The notes beneath the pieces are model-generated. The model was given only the letters and a program-made list of their open reading frames with translations, had not been told where the DNA came from and ran no database searches. Position numbers and translations under genes: made by a program. Source: Kudoa neothunni (lineage: Eukaryota > Animalia > Cnidaria). From it: a DNA stretch of 64,000 nucleotides. Each line of letters opens with the position of its first letter. Position 1 is the first letter of the stretch. This document shows positions 39,592 to 53,495 of the stretch, piece after piece. Location: NCBI GenBank assembly GCA_964304625.1, contig OZ199839.1, positions 4,529,376 through 4,593,375 on the forward strand, read 5' to 3'.

Positions 39592-40149
39592 TTAATTAAG
39601 AAAATTAAATCGTCATGACAGCCGATGGAAAATAATGATTTTATATTTGGTCAGAACCTTCAAGATTAATAAAAAAAATTTAAACCAACAAAATTTAGAG
39701 AAGTAGTAATGTTTGTCTCATTTAAAAATTTTAATAAAAACGTAAATTTTCTAACTGCCGCTATATATAATCCTGATGTGAATATTATATTTGATTTTAT
39801 TCCGGAATTAGATGATTAATTTTCTTATACTTACATTGAATATTTTCAAAAGTATAACTTTGTGGCTAACTTACACAATCTGGTTCATCATCAGGCGGCG
39901 GTGTCGTTTATTTTAGGAACGAACTAGCGCCACATATAAATTCAGGAGAACAATTACTTTCAAAAATAAAAATATTGTAAAAATTGCGGGTTGTGCACAT
40001 TTTATAGGAGACCTACATTATTACATTATAATTTTGCGAAACATTTGTCTCCCACTTGAGTATAATAAAAGTGTTATGTAAGAAAATGGATTATTTACGA
40101 GATGTCAAACCTCCAACTATAAAAAATATCTCTGCAAATGGTGAGTTTA

Positions 40150-40560
40150 AATGGGTCATCTAACGCCTATGATGACGCACAATCGCACAATCGCACATTG
40201 TAATTGGGCCTTCCTCAATATGAACGTGTAGAAGACAATTGCGAGAGATCTAATGGTATCAAAATTGAATTATGATTTCTCCAAGATTGGTAGGCCGGGC
40301 AAAATAGTTCAAATAGACGAAGGCACCATCTGCAAGCGGAAATATGATGTTGGTCGAGTTCTAAAAAAACAGCAGTACAGTATGATCGGAAGAATCATGG
40401 AAGATGAAAATTACTTTTTAGGACTTTTAAAAGTAAGAAATAGAGAACTGCTGCAAAAAAAATCATTGATGACAATATTTAAGAAGGCACAACTGTTTGG
40501 AGTGGCTATAATCGTTTACCCGACTTGGGATTTATTCATGGCACTGTCTGTTATGTACAT
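40150..40560 (+). mobile_element. Merlin transposase fragment
   Basis: KIGRPGKIVQIDEGTICKRKYDVGRVLKKQQY...VRNRELL. Confidence 0.8.
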
Positions 40561-41561
40561 AATCTCTTCCCAGCCCTGTACACAAACTTGGTAATTAGTT
40601 GAGTAATCCATTTAATTCATTTTTCATAATCATTGTATTTTTGTGTCAACGTGTTTTCCCTTGCTAACGTTTTGCTAAACTTGGACACAACACTGTCATT
40701 CATAAATAGCACTATATTTTATCCCAAGAAGTTCACATCAATAGAAATGGGACGAGTTGGAGTGCCTTCAAACGCATATACAGTAATACTACCAACTAAA
40801 CCCCTGAAACCCTATTTGATTAGTTGAATGATTTCTTATTTCATAGAGAGAATCCTAAGAGAGGAATGGGCGTTTTATATAAATATATAATGAACTTATT
40901 TGCATTTTAAAATATTTTACGAATTTTGCCGATCGTTTGTTTTTGACCTCTCGATGATGAACCAAATAATGTAGGGTAGCCCATTAATAAATAATATAAT
41001 TGTTATATCAAAATAGATGTCGGTCAAACAATGCTACATCAAATTGATATGTTATTTATTAATGTAATTACTCACACCTTCATCAAATAGATACTAGTAT
41101 TACATTCATAATTTTACTTGTTTTTATTGATTTTGTAAATATTAGGTTGAACATCACAAAAAAATCGTTAATATATTGACTTTTCTATTTAAACCACGTA
41201 AAATAATATATTCAATCATTTATTATTAATTTTTTTAAATTAAAAGCAAATAAATTCTTTAGCTGAATACATTTTGTTTTAAATACCAAAAGTATTAAAA
41301 AGTATTGATATTAGGTAATAGCGAGTTATATTCGAATGAATTTGGTATACCTTTAAACTTATTGAATTTACATGAAAACATGCTATAGTTGTTTTCATAC
41401 TTTATCGAATAGAAAGAAATTATATATAAAAAAATCGTGTTCGTTGCGTTGAATATTGAAGAGAAAAATTATTAACTGCTAGTAGTTTGTAACTTTATAG
41501 ATTACCATTGGCCCAAAAAAACCAAAAATGATCATTAAAATGAAATATTATATTTGAAACA

Positions 41562-41900
41562 CTAGCGCCAACTACCTAGCTTCGCACGGGATTGAGAAAA
41601 TTTCATCATAGAAGAATACGGTCAACAAATAAATATAAGATTCTTGAGTAGCCCAGAGGAGAAATTAAATAAATCTTTTTTTTAAATATCACACTTTTAA
41701 CGACTGTGATGGGCACAGTAAAAAATTGAGATCATGAAAGTAGCAAAACCTGAATAACTCGATAATAACTTACGATGATTAATTTTTATTGCTCAAATTA
41801 ATATCTCTATCCGACACATTTTTGTACACTCTCTCCTCAAAACCGTTGTATAGCCTCTTAATATGAACTAAAATATTTAAATAATTAGATAAAGTAAGAA
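41562..41900 (-). mobile_element. Non-autonomous Helitron 3' portion (family B)
   Basis: On the minus strand it ends GCGAAGCTAGGTAGTTGGCG-CTAG|T. Colinear with 3140-3506. Confidence 0.65.
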
Positions 41901-43778
41901 TTCAGTCAATACATTAAATCTTATCGCTCTAAATTAAGTTTAACGGGCGCTACAACGAAATTTGGGAACCTAGTTTCACTATGTGGGGATTGAATCCATC
42001 TGTTTGTAACATAAACTTCCAATTCTTCATTAATTTAGCAAATTTGCGTATTCTTGAAATATTAAATGCAATCTATAGAACTTTTAAAGTGTACTTATCA
42101 AGTCAAATACATTAAACGTTCCAAGAAGAAGGAATGTATTTAAGCACACATCCAAAAGAACACATCTACTTTAAATGTACAGATAGATAAACGATAAAAG
42201 ATGTATCATGAAATCGTGGATTTATAGCTTAAGTTCGAACCACTAAAAACGTTCGAAACAACTTCCAAAAGTTCAGTATGGATAAATATCGCCATGAATA
42301 AACAAATATAATCCTATTCTTGAAATCACGTAATCCGTTTAACAAACCTAACATCGAGGACAACACAATTTCCTACATTAATTTTAAATTTTAGTCAGTG
42401 TAATAACAAATAAGAGAACTTTTAAATTGTCTTAAACTGTTTAAAGTTACATAAATATCTATCTATAAGGAAAATTTTCCCGCACATACACATATCGACA
42501 GTCCTCCTTTATACAGTATTTCAAGACCTAAATGCAACCAGCACGCGCGGATAACCGTCATTTCGAATCAAAATGCAACTCCGTGCAATAATGTCAAAAA
42601 AAAGGAAATATGTTATCTTAAGTGATGATATGAAACAAATGGCAGTTTTATTAGCTGAAGTTCATAACCTCTTTCGTATCATTTCAAATTATTTATAGGA
42701 CGGATACTCTAACAAATACATTGCCGAGAAAATGGGTGTACATAAATCAACCATTGGGCGCATTTTGAAGACAAAATCGATGACTACAGAATTAAGTTCA
42801 CCAAAAAAGAAAGGGGATGACAGACGGTCAAAATTGACTGAAACCCATAAATTATACATCCGCGAACTTGTGGAGGAGGATTGTACCATTACGTTAAATT
42901 CTATTTCTGAAAAAGTTTTAGAATATTTTGGTATTAATGTTTTTCGTCAAACAATTTGCAATTGTTTGAGAGATTTCCATTGTACCCCTAGGAAGAAATT
43001 CTCGGGATTGTATTGAAACGAGAAAAAGGTTTATTATCATTTTAAAAAATTGCTTAAAAATGAATAGATACGTGATACAATATCTTGAATTGAAACCACG
43101 TCATTCTACCGTCATCTATATAGATGAATCGGGGTTTTCTTTGTCAATGAGAAGAACGTTTGGAGGAGCACTTTCAGGATCAAGAGCGAATCTGAAAGTG
43201 AAAAGCATTGGCTCAAAGAACATTACACTTAAATCGGCTATAAACTCAGAACAGGTTTGGACGTTACACGTAGAAAATGGAACTGCTATCTAACAAGTTT
43301 TTTCTATTTTCATAGATAAACTATTTGGTGATTTAACTCGCAGCGGTGTTGATAACACCTCACTTTATTATTATTATTATTATGGATAATGTGAGATTCC
43401 ATAAAACAGATTTAGTAAACGACCAAATTCAAACCATAGATTGTTATTTCTTCCGCCATACTCTTCGTTCCTCAGTCCAATTAAGGAGTTTTTCAAACAA
43501 ATTAAGTCCATTGTGAAAAGCAAAGGACCATCCGATCAGGAGGAATTGATAAACGCAATCATAACCAGCTCGGATGGAGTTTCTAGTGACCAGCTACAAC
43601 ATTATGCGAATCATTCGGAATAATCCTATTTCGCGGCATGTATTAATTCCGAAGAAATTAACAATTAGATCAATTTTACGTTGTGTCAAAAACATGAATT
43701 TTAAACTGGTGCCGTTTAATATTGAATTTTTGCGTATTCATTTAAATAAGATTACAAATTTAAAAGTGGAATTTTTAA

Positions 43779-44262
43779 CCCTTTCGACCCGAATGATGCC
43801 ATATGGCATCATGGGATTGATGTCGGAATATCTATTCCGTTTTTGTATGTATAGTTTCAATCTATCGTTGTATAAAAATATAACACATGCTTTATGAAAT
43901 AAATTTAGAATTATCTGTTGTTTATTTATTACAAAGTAGGAAACAAAATGCGGGAACGGCGCTAACAAATAATGGATTATTGTATCGATATTTACGGAAA
44001 TAACGAATCTATATTTTTTATTTTAAAAATATGATAATCTATTACTAAGCAAATAATTTTTAAAAATTGGATCGAATTTTAAAAATAATGATGTATAGCG
44101 GGTTCGGAAAATGAAACAACGAATGATGCCATATGGCATCATGTAATTATTTATACACTTTTTAAATAAAAGATAATGTGTTCCTTCTTAAGTTTATATC
44201 TAGAAATGATATATAATGGAAAATATTTTTTCTCCATTTTAATTTTTTTCGGGTTGAAAGGG
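43779..44262. mobile_element. piggyBac MITE nested in Tc1
   Basis: TTAA|CCCTTTCGACCCGAA ... TTCGGGTTGAAAGGG|TTAA, with two copies of the palindrome ATGATGCCATATGGCATCAT. Confidence 0.9.
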
Positions 44263-44572
44263 TTAAAAGGACAGTAAAACCTTAAATTAAAAAATACATT
44301 TTTGAGAAACTTAAGTATTAAAAATCTGACACTGTGGTTAAATTGATGACTAAAATTAATAAAAGAATTAATTCCTATATGTACTATAAATATAGATAGA
44401 CTTTATGAGCAAAAAATTATTCACTCTAACATAATTAGTCATTTATAATTGTCGAACAGCATCTTAGTGTGATACAAATTAAATTTAAAAATAAAAAGTT
44501 GTTTACATAAAGGTTGCATTTTGATTCGACATACGGTTATCTGCGCGCACTGGTTGCATTTGGATCTTGAAA

Positions 44573-47500
44573 CAGGGTTGTCAGAATTGTTACGTTCGTA
44601 CCAAAATGGTACTTTTTCACCTTCAATTCATGATTTTTAATCCCCTCGACGGTCATCAGTTTCCGGTTAGGTATTAATAATGAATGGAAAGTAGCATTAA
44701 CGGCTTATTTAAAAATTGTACTTGTTTCGTTTATTTAGTATTATTTCGGCGCATAAATATAATATTATACGAAGATATGCAAAATATGTCGTGGTGTTGA
44801 ATTCGATGTTATTTTAAATATCCAATCTATTCCTTTAATGTTTCGTCTCCTAAAAAAAACAAAACAAACAATTAAATTTCAAAATATTATCATTTAACAA
44901 AATGTTGTAAACTTAACCTTATTTTTTTCTTCACATATATGATAAATGAGTTTCTGACCACGAGAATGTTATCTATTTATTGTTTTAAGTGAAACTTTCT
45001 TTGATTTCATGGTCAAATCAGTTCCATGTAATCCAAATGTAATTTAACCTTATACGGGGGAAATTAGCTCGTTTACTTCGCGAAATTAATTTTTCTGCCT
45101 ACAAGTTTTATACTTTAAGGTTTTAAAATGTTTTTAAACCCGAAAAAAACCTGGCTCTAAAGAGTTATAAAATTTAATTATCGCTCAAAAAATTCCTTAA
45201 AACATTACATTTATACATTTCTAACTTTGGGATTTGTTAATAAGTTAAATTTTTTAAAATTAAAGCTATCATTAACACCTGAAAATATTTAAATTATATG
45301 AAAACAAAGTTGAAGAAGAAAACAATATCCGGAATGCGATAACGATAAAATTTTATACACAAACACTTTTATAACGTACAAATTCATTCTTAATAGCGCG
45401 CGTTTTAGTAATTTATTGCAAAGTTTTTGCATTCAACATATTGAATTAATTTCTGTAACTTTTATTGTGTTATACATAATGTAATATTTTTGGGTTAGTA
45501 ATACTTGATGGTCTTTAATCAAAACGACAGCGACTGCGAAAGCGATATAAGTAACACACCAACAAAGAAAATATATAAAGATTATAAACGCAAGGCGAGA
45601 AGGGAATGGTTGGAACATCGAAGGTTTATCCAGTGGATTGATATGAGCATGGATAACAGGGAGAAAGTGTTTTGCACAGTTTGTAAATGTGAAGTTTCGG
45701 GGAGTATTTCACAAATCCAAAGACATGCAGCAACCGGAAAGCATTTACGAAATATGAGACAATCCACAAACAATATGAAAATAGATAGTTATATAGAATT
45801 AAACAGTTCCGTTGTATATTCTCGAAAAATAGCTAAAGCAGAATTGAAATTATGTGCCTTTGTTGCGGAACACAATTTCCCGCTGTCAATCTTGGATCAT
45901 TTGCCTAGTTTAGTTGCCAATGTTTGTGAAGATTCTGCTATTTGCAAAGATATTAAATACGCTCGAACGAAAGGCAAATGTGTTTTTCGTCATGTCATTA
46001 GGAAATGTTTAAAAAACTTAATCTCAAAATTACAAACAACCAAATTTTCATTAATGATACATGAAACCATAGATATGATATATCCACAACTAAACAACTA
46101 GTTTTAGTGGCTCGATATTATGATGACGATGTTAAAAAGACAATGGACAAATATTTGGTAATGTTGGAGATAATGAATCGTACTGGCGAAAGAATTTTTG
46201 AATCATTGATCAATTTTTTTAAATTAATAATATCTCCATTCACCATCTTATCGGATTTTCCAGTGACAATGCAAATGTTATGATGGTTAACAAAAGTGGT
46301 GCCCAAAGATTACTGGAACAAATAATTCCTTCGCTTTACGTACAAGGTTGCGTTTGCCACAGAAAATTTAGCATGAGCTTCTAAAGCTTGTCATCAACTT
46401 AGAAACGAGTTGGAAGATTTAGCTAGAAGTATTTACACATACGTTTCGAATAGCTCGAAACATTTGAGTGAATACAAGGAATTTCAAAAGATAATGGATA
46501 TTTGTCCTAGAAAGATATTACGCCTTTGTAGCATGGGATGATTGTCACTTGAACAAGTCGTCGCCAAGATACTTGATCAATGGAATGCACTTAAAATGTT
46601 TTTCACTACTGCAGTATCAGAAAATGGTTTTGAATCAGCAAAATTAATAAATCATAAACTAAATAAACCAATCAATAATATGTATTTTGAATTCTTAAAC
46701 TTTAAACTCCCGATAGTGAACAAACTTAATCTTAAATTCCAATCAGAAACCTTTCGAATACACAAGCTAAAAGGTCAATTAATGTTACAATAAAAGTCAT
46801 TCTCAGTTTATTTATGAACAGAGAAATCATTAAAAATATGGATGTTTGTAACATTAATATTAATAACCCTTCAAGTTATCGTCCATTAGATAGTGTTTGT
46901 CGCGGATCCAAAGTGACTTGCATCTACACAATGAATCCTTCCATAATAAATTCACAAGAATGTTGGGTATCGTGACCAAACGTGCGGTTTCTGTCAAGAA
47001 ACCGTTAACGATTTCCAGGGAACCAGAATCATCAGGCGGACCTACTCCGATTGCTGATAAGTGAGTAATGGGGTTACCCACAAGATGATACACCTCGAAC
47101 TTGGGTAACATTCACATAGGAATACCCAGAGATGAAGGTACATATGTTTGGCAATGGGGCGTAGGGTCTGCCTCACAGATGCGTGATTCTGGTCCCTGCA
47201 TGGAATCGGTATTTGGCACCCCTCACCACGTATAACGTTGTGTTTATTATTATATATCATTCTCTCTTTTTTTGAGTTATCGTCATTTGGTTTCTTTTTT
47301 CCGCGTGCACTCGAGGATACAACAAAGAATATCTCCAATATAAAATAAATACATTTAACTCCTATATTGCCTTAACAAATGAAATATTTGATCGACTTTT
47401 ATATAATAATTCATTTAAAAAACTTGAATTGTTTGAGGCAATGGATTCAAGTAACGTAAATGAAGGTAAGCCCGAGTCTATCATACGCCTTGCAGTAAGA

Positions 47501-48013
47501 TTCCCCAATCTTATATCGGATGAAGACTACACCACTGTGGATATTGAATGGAGACAATTAACTTTCGAAGACTCAAATTTTTTTTTGATAAGTGACCCCG
47601 AGAAATTTTGGTACGATGTATCAGAAAAAAGTTGGCGATGTTCCTAAATATCCATTAATTTCAAAACTAATGATGAGCTTGCTTTCATTACCTCATTCTT
47701 CTACTTGTGCCGAAAGAATATTTTCCCTATTAAACATAATCAAAACGAAAATAGATCATTGTTGAGGACCGAAACATTAAACAGCTTGATTTATTCGAAA
47801 AGTTTATTCCATAATACAGATTGTACAAAATGGAACCCGCCTGAAAATTTAGAAATAGCGTTCATAGAGAGAAACGTTTATGAAGATAACTGTAATGAAA
47901 CAATTTCAGTTAGATAGATCAGAAAACATTTTAAATAACTACGTTTTCGCCTTAATCTCTTTTTTGCGTGGATTAACTGTTGGTACTTTTTAGCTAATCT
48001 TCTGGCAACCCTG
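44573..48013 (+). mobile_element. hAT transposon (zinc-finger N-terminus), decayed
   Basis: CAGGGTTGTCAGA ... TCTGGCAACCCTG with perfect TSD TCTTGAAA. Motifs CTVCKC...IQRHAATGKH, FSLMIHET, SDNANVM, CVCH, LSLPHSS..AERIFS. Confidence 0.93.
46961..47324 (+). mobile_element. Solo LTR, family 2
   Basis: TGTTGGGTATC...GATACAACA (inverted termini) with perfect 5-bp TSD AAGAA. 364 bp and GC-richer than its flanks. Interrupts the hAT transposase. Confidence 0.88.
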
Positions 48014-48047
48014 TCTTGAAATACTGTATAAAGGATTAATTTAAATA

Positions 48048-49303
48048 TAGGATTTCTCAATTGAATGCGGTACTTTTTTGGTTCTGACCAAAATTCGTTC
48101 TAAAACATTAAAATCTCTATAAACAAATGTTTTTTATGATTTTTATTTTAAAAGATATACTCCGGGGAAAACATATATACTTACACTTTATGATTAAATT
48201 CATTTTGAGTACCTAGAAAACTTTTACTCACAGTCTATGATGGGTCCGCTTTATGTATTCTTATTTAAATTTTATTCTTAGGGACTATATAACATAAAAT
48301 GAGCCGCTTTTACATTAATATAAAATATAGGAACAAAAGTTTTTTTAACAAAATACAAAAATAAATGCAAGGCGAAAACATAAAAGAATATTAAAAATTG
48401 AAAGGGTTTCTTTGTCACCCCGGAAAATGGGATTAAAAACAGAATTCTCTTATTCTATTGCTCATATGTGGTGGAAACTAACCACGCTCATTTGGTTCTA
48501 CGGTTGAGTTTTCGCGGAGCAATTATTCTAGAATATTACCTATACAAATATTAAAATTAATGTTTTTTATTTCATTGTTTTAATAGGTAAGGAATTTGTT
48601 AATAATTTTGTTTATTAACAACACATATTTTTATTCTAGGTGTTAAATGGATGATAATATTTAATTTATACAAAAATTGAATGAAAAAGAGTAATTGTAG
48701 GTTTAAAACATAATTTTCGAAGAAAACAATATCCGGCATGTAAAGTAGTTTCATTATAAAATATTTTGATAAATCAAATATATACATAAATTATATAATT
48801 AGTCTTTGTTGGAAATTAATATATGATGGTTTGAAAAGGATTTTAACGTTTAAGTATTGAAATGTCGCGCCAAAAAATGCAAAAAAAAGGGGGAAATCGA
48901 GTAAGAAATAAACAAGACAATCCACTCTAATCACGAGGTGGTTTATATAGGGTGAGGGGCTGGTGATTCCGAGCTTTTCCGGGTCTCCAAAATGGTCGGA
49001 CGCGCCTCCGCCTCTGAACGAAACGGGATTCTCCTCGCCCGGTCTCCTACGTTCGGCTTAGACCCAAAAGCTTCGTAAGCAACTCGTAGGTCTAAGACTA
49101 GAGCTGTCGTGGTGGAGAACCCGGGGTCAAACACGGTTTGGATTCTGAGGGGAATAGTTTGTAAGTGCTGACCCCGCGGCCGCCCGAATGTTTCCCGCGC
49201 TAAACTGGAGAAGTCGGAGACCCAACAAGTATGAATTTTGGTCAGATCTAAAAATGCATCGAGTTCATTTGCAAACGCGTCGAGTTCAATTGAGAACCCC
49301 CAT
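48048..49303. mobile_element. Tc1/IS630-type non-autonomous element (MITE)
   Basis: TATAGGATTTCTCAATTGAA...TCTGACCAAAATTCG matches the inverse of ...GAATTTTGGTCAGA...GTTCAATTGAGAACCCCCATATA. The right TIR is split by the solo LTR. Confidence 0.8.
48858..49227 (-). mobile_element. Solo LTR, family 1 (copy B, complete, 370 bp)
   Basis: TGAAATG...CCCAACA (TG..CA) with perfect 5-bp TSD AGTAT. Near-identical to 5597-5945. Confidence 0.9.
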
Positions 49304-49581
49304 ATAATGAACCGGCGGAGATTACTAAAAGACAAGAGCGATAAGTCGACACAAGACAAGCTTGATGGTTTCATAATAATAGTAAAAAAAGAATTATTCA
49401 GGCTTAAATAGTCCAAGTAAAATTAATGCTAAATAAAATTTTTAAATGAATAAATTAAAAATAATTATTATAAAAATATACGGTTTCAATCATTATAATA
49501 TTTTCATTATATATAATACCGGATCTAAATACAGTAGCGCAGGGTCATTATGTAGCATGGCTATTGCGCACTTTTAGAAAT

Positions 49582-52545
49582 GTAAGTGGCTATATCTCAG
49601 GTAATCAATATCTCTAAAACTACTCAATATTGTTTTCCCATATTCCACATATCATCTAATGTTTATCTAACTTAATTTTCTGTAAATTTTTTCTTTGTGT
49701 GACCATGTACACAAGTCTAACAGCAGCTAGCAGCTGGGTACGATTTTTTATTTTTTTTAATATAATTTCATCAATTAACATCATTATACACAAAATATAG
49801 AAATAATAATGTTTGTCTTTTTTTAAAGAAATTAATATTCCTCACGTTATGTGAAATAAAACTAATAATGAATTTAAATATTAGTTTAAGCGATCACTCA
49901 ATAAAACAGCTTTCATATGACACATGTAAGGGATTATTCTCAAAATTAAATTTTTTTATATATTTAATTTTAATTTTAAATTTATAATTTTATTTCTTTT
50001 TCTTTATAATTCTGATTGCAGTTAAACGACTTCTTCGTGGTCGACCAATCGATTTAACTTTCGAGGGAATCACCAGATCTAAACAAAATTTAACATATTT
50101 TGTTCAAGTTTAACCTTTTAATTGAGATTTTTCTACGATGGCGTTTGATTCATCGTTACAATCAATTTGTTCTTCCAGAGGACCAAAATCATCACTGGAA
50201 TTAAGTTTTGATATTTTGGTAGGTGAGATTTCTATTAAACTTATCAATGACTCCTAATTTTTATTATTTAAAGTCAAATTATAAATTTTATACGTTTTCT
50301 TGAAATTCAGTTTCATCTTTAACTATATAAAATTTAATATTTCATTTATAAATAAAAATCACATGTATCAAGGGACTGATCGATAACCATGACATCGTGA
50401 CTTCTAATTATTTTTTCCAATAGATTTATTGATTTTTCGAAAAATTCTCCGCAAAATTCGGAAGTTGTGTTGGCTAGTTTGGTTGTAAAATTCGACGCGT
50501 ACTTCAACTTTTGTCCATATGCCTTTATGTTAATTTTTTTTCTTTTCAAGGACAATAGTAGGAAGATTTTCTGTATTATTTTGAGTTGCAGATTCCGCAT
50601 TTAAAAACTTCATTCCATATTTCTTTTTCCATCGATCATTGCACAATGTTTCACAGAATAACGGAAGTTTTTCTGATAACCTGTAGCTTAGAATATGGCG
50701 ACATGGTAATGAAAATGAGCGATAAAATAAACAGACACGTTGATCGACTTGTAGTTTCATTTGAGTTAGAGGATAATGCAGCAATGTCCAATAATTTATG
50801 TTCTTTTTGAAGCATGATAAATGCATATTTCGTCAGACATTCTTTATAGTGTAGAACCAGTTTGTTGTTGAGAATCTCATTTGATTCGTAATACAGTTGA
50901 CCAACTGAAGAAACTTCCCTTTCAATTATAAGTGAACTTAGAATTAAAAAAACCCTTGGATGAAGTTGGCCAACGAGCTGAATTTTTGGACAACACTTTT
51001 AATTTGGGAATTTATTACTTCAAGGCGATTATCGGTTTCGTTGTCGTAAAATTTTTTCGTATTGCTAATACCAATAACCCATTCATTGTATGTTCCTTCT
51101 CAATTTCTTTTGAAATATTCACTTAATTTGGGATTTTTAAAACCGTGAATTCGGTCAACATAATGCAAATATTCATTGTAATCAGTCGAGTACATCATTT
51201 TTTGTAAACAACTTAAAATCTCTTGTCTTTTAGTAGAAGATATTTCAAATTTGTTAACGGTGATATGTCTGAAAAATTTGATTCACATGAAATTTATATA
51301 AAATGAATGATGATTGGGGAAAACTTAATTTGAGACATTTTCTTAGCTTTTCTTCCTTGTCTATAACAATGGTATGTACATTTTTTGATATGTTTGGTAT
51401 CAATTCTGCCAAAGTATTACAAAACCATTGGATGGAGTCTTCCGTCTCTTCGTAGAGAATGCAGGCACTCGAAATATGAGTCAAACCAAGATAATCCTCC
51501 CCAGCAGATATGTATAAAGGGGCTCTAAAATTATAAAATTATTCATCCATTTTCAAAAGTTACCCCGAATTAAGGAGTTTATAAGTTGCATCAACGAACA
51601 TAACCTCAGGATAAAATTCCAAAAATGATTTCATTTTGATGTCAGCGAAAAAATTCCATTAACGACTTTATGTTTATCATATAAAATCTTAACGTAACAT
51701 TTGAAATCTTTCAACATTTTCTCTATTACATATAGGTTATCACAGAATGAGCCTTCGTTTGCTCTAATATTGTGGATGGATTTCAAACGAATGTTTTTAC
51801 CCGTTTCGTTGTAAATTTTATTTTGAATTAATTTTTTATTGGCCCTAAAGTGAATTAATTCCACGAGATTTGGGTCATTTAGGTCAATTTTTCGTTGTTT
51901 TGGGAGATTTCGATATAGCACTGCACTTAAATCATGATTATGTTCTAATATACTAGAACGTACTTCAAGTGCTACACCATCAACAGAGGTCCTAAGAGAT
52001 AAAACCACGGGGCAGTTTCCCTTTAGTGCCGGTTTGTTTCTAATTCCATCGGATTTTGTTTTATTCTTGCCACTGAAAATACAACGATATGTAATCTCAT
52101 AATACCGCAGAGCTTGGTTCATTGATTTTGTAATTCTATTCCGAATATTCGAAAATGTCCTCGCTTGATATTTATAAAGATTGCAAAAGTTTGACTCTTC
52201 GTAATTTTTTATAGCATCGTCGAGTTTCTCGAAAGAATGAAATCGTTTTCCAATTGCAAACATATTTGAACTCATTCTTTGCCACGCTAATTAGAAAGAA
52301 AAATTTCGCGCTCAAGTTATACATAACTCAGAAATTTATTATTATTTCTATATTTTGTGTATAATGATGTTAATTGATGAAATTATATTAAAAAAATAAA
52401 AAATCGTATCCAGCTGCTGTTGGACTTGTGTATGGTCACGTAAAGAAAAAATTAAGTTAGATAAACATTAGATGATATGTGGAATATGGGCAAACAATAT
52501 TGAGTAGTTTTAGAGATATTGATTACCTGAGATATAGCCACTACC
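49582..52545 (-). mobile_element. MULE transposon with ~230-bp TIRs, decayed ZSWIM3-like transposase
   Basis: Long inverted repeats 49585-49820 and 52335-52545. Motifs FAIGKRFHSFE, CP....EHNH, YPEVMFVDATYKL, IVIDKE, FHVNQ, and SWIM C.FYRSFSLPCRH. TSD not evident. Confidence 0.9.
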
Positions 52546-53495
52546 TTAATTCAATTGGAAAATATTGCATTTCACTTATTTTACTCCCCCTAAACAACGC
52601 TTCCATAGAGAGAATATCAGTAGAAATAAAATGTTGTGTTCGACACTGGATAGCCTGGTTCGAATAAGGAAATGTTTCAATACATCAACTCACTGTTGCC
52701 ATAATTTTGACGTTATTGAAACAATGTTAAATTTACATAACATTAATATGTATAATTAGATTTTTTTGAGTTTTTTGATAAATTGTTTCATTTGTACGAT
52801 TTCGTCCGGTAAAAATTTTGCCGAATGCTTGATTAGGGTTGGCAGCGCTGTTCACGAATGTTTCTTCCCAGTAATGGAAAAATATAGTAACTTTGCCATA
52901 TTTTCAAAAACATTCTCCTAACCTTATCTCCCAAGTTATTTTTGTATATGGAAAACGCATATATAAATAATAAATCTATTAAATAGAAAAACATCACCAT
53001 AGGCCGTCATCATCGACTGTGGATTGACCCGAATTCTCAAAGTTTTCAAGTATTCCTAAACACTTTAAAGAAATTTGATTCATCATTTTAACTACTATCG
53101 ATGAAATTCATCTCCATTATCGCTATGGTAAATTTAAAAAAGGAAGTCAATCGACCAATGATATGGTATTGGTTATAATCGTATAACTTCAAATTTATCC
53201 ATAAAATAAACTTGCAATGTAATTTATGTAATAATTATTATTTTATCTATCAATTGGTGTAAAAAAATCTGTGGTGATTGTTTACCCCAAAAATTCATTG
53301 GAGTGTAATCTTGTTATAATTTTTCTGATTTAAAATTTTTGGTTTTGGTTATAATATTTTAAAATCGTATATTTCACACCTTTTTAGAAGATTAGAAAAA
53401 AACTCGTATCCTATATCCTACGAAGAGAAAGCAAACCACGTACAAAACCCAAAACTTCTTGTTAGGGTAAGAATTTACCCGAATTCATATTAGAG

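Larger units (their letters stand above)
42514..48026 (+). mobile_element. Tc1/IS630-like element expanded by nested insertions
   Basis: Left TIR TA|CAGTATTTCAAGACCTAAATGCAACCAGCACGCGCGGATAACCGT. The right TIR is split by the hAT: 44512-44572 plus TACTG|TA at 48022-48028. Transposase remnants at 42600-43670: YIDESGF, MDNVRFHK, FLPPYSSFLSPIKE. Confidence 0.9.

Noticed and set aside
43793-44142. Repeated 20-bp palindrome ATGATGCCATATGGCATCAT, CRISPR- or operator-like
   Set aside because: Only two copies, lying inside a TTAA-flanked MITE. They are piggyBac subterminal palindromes.
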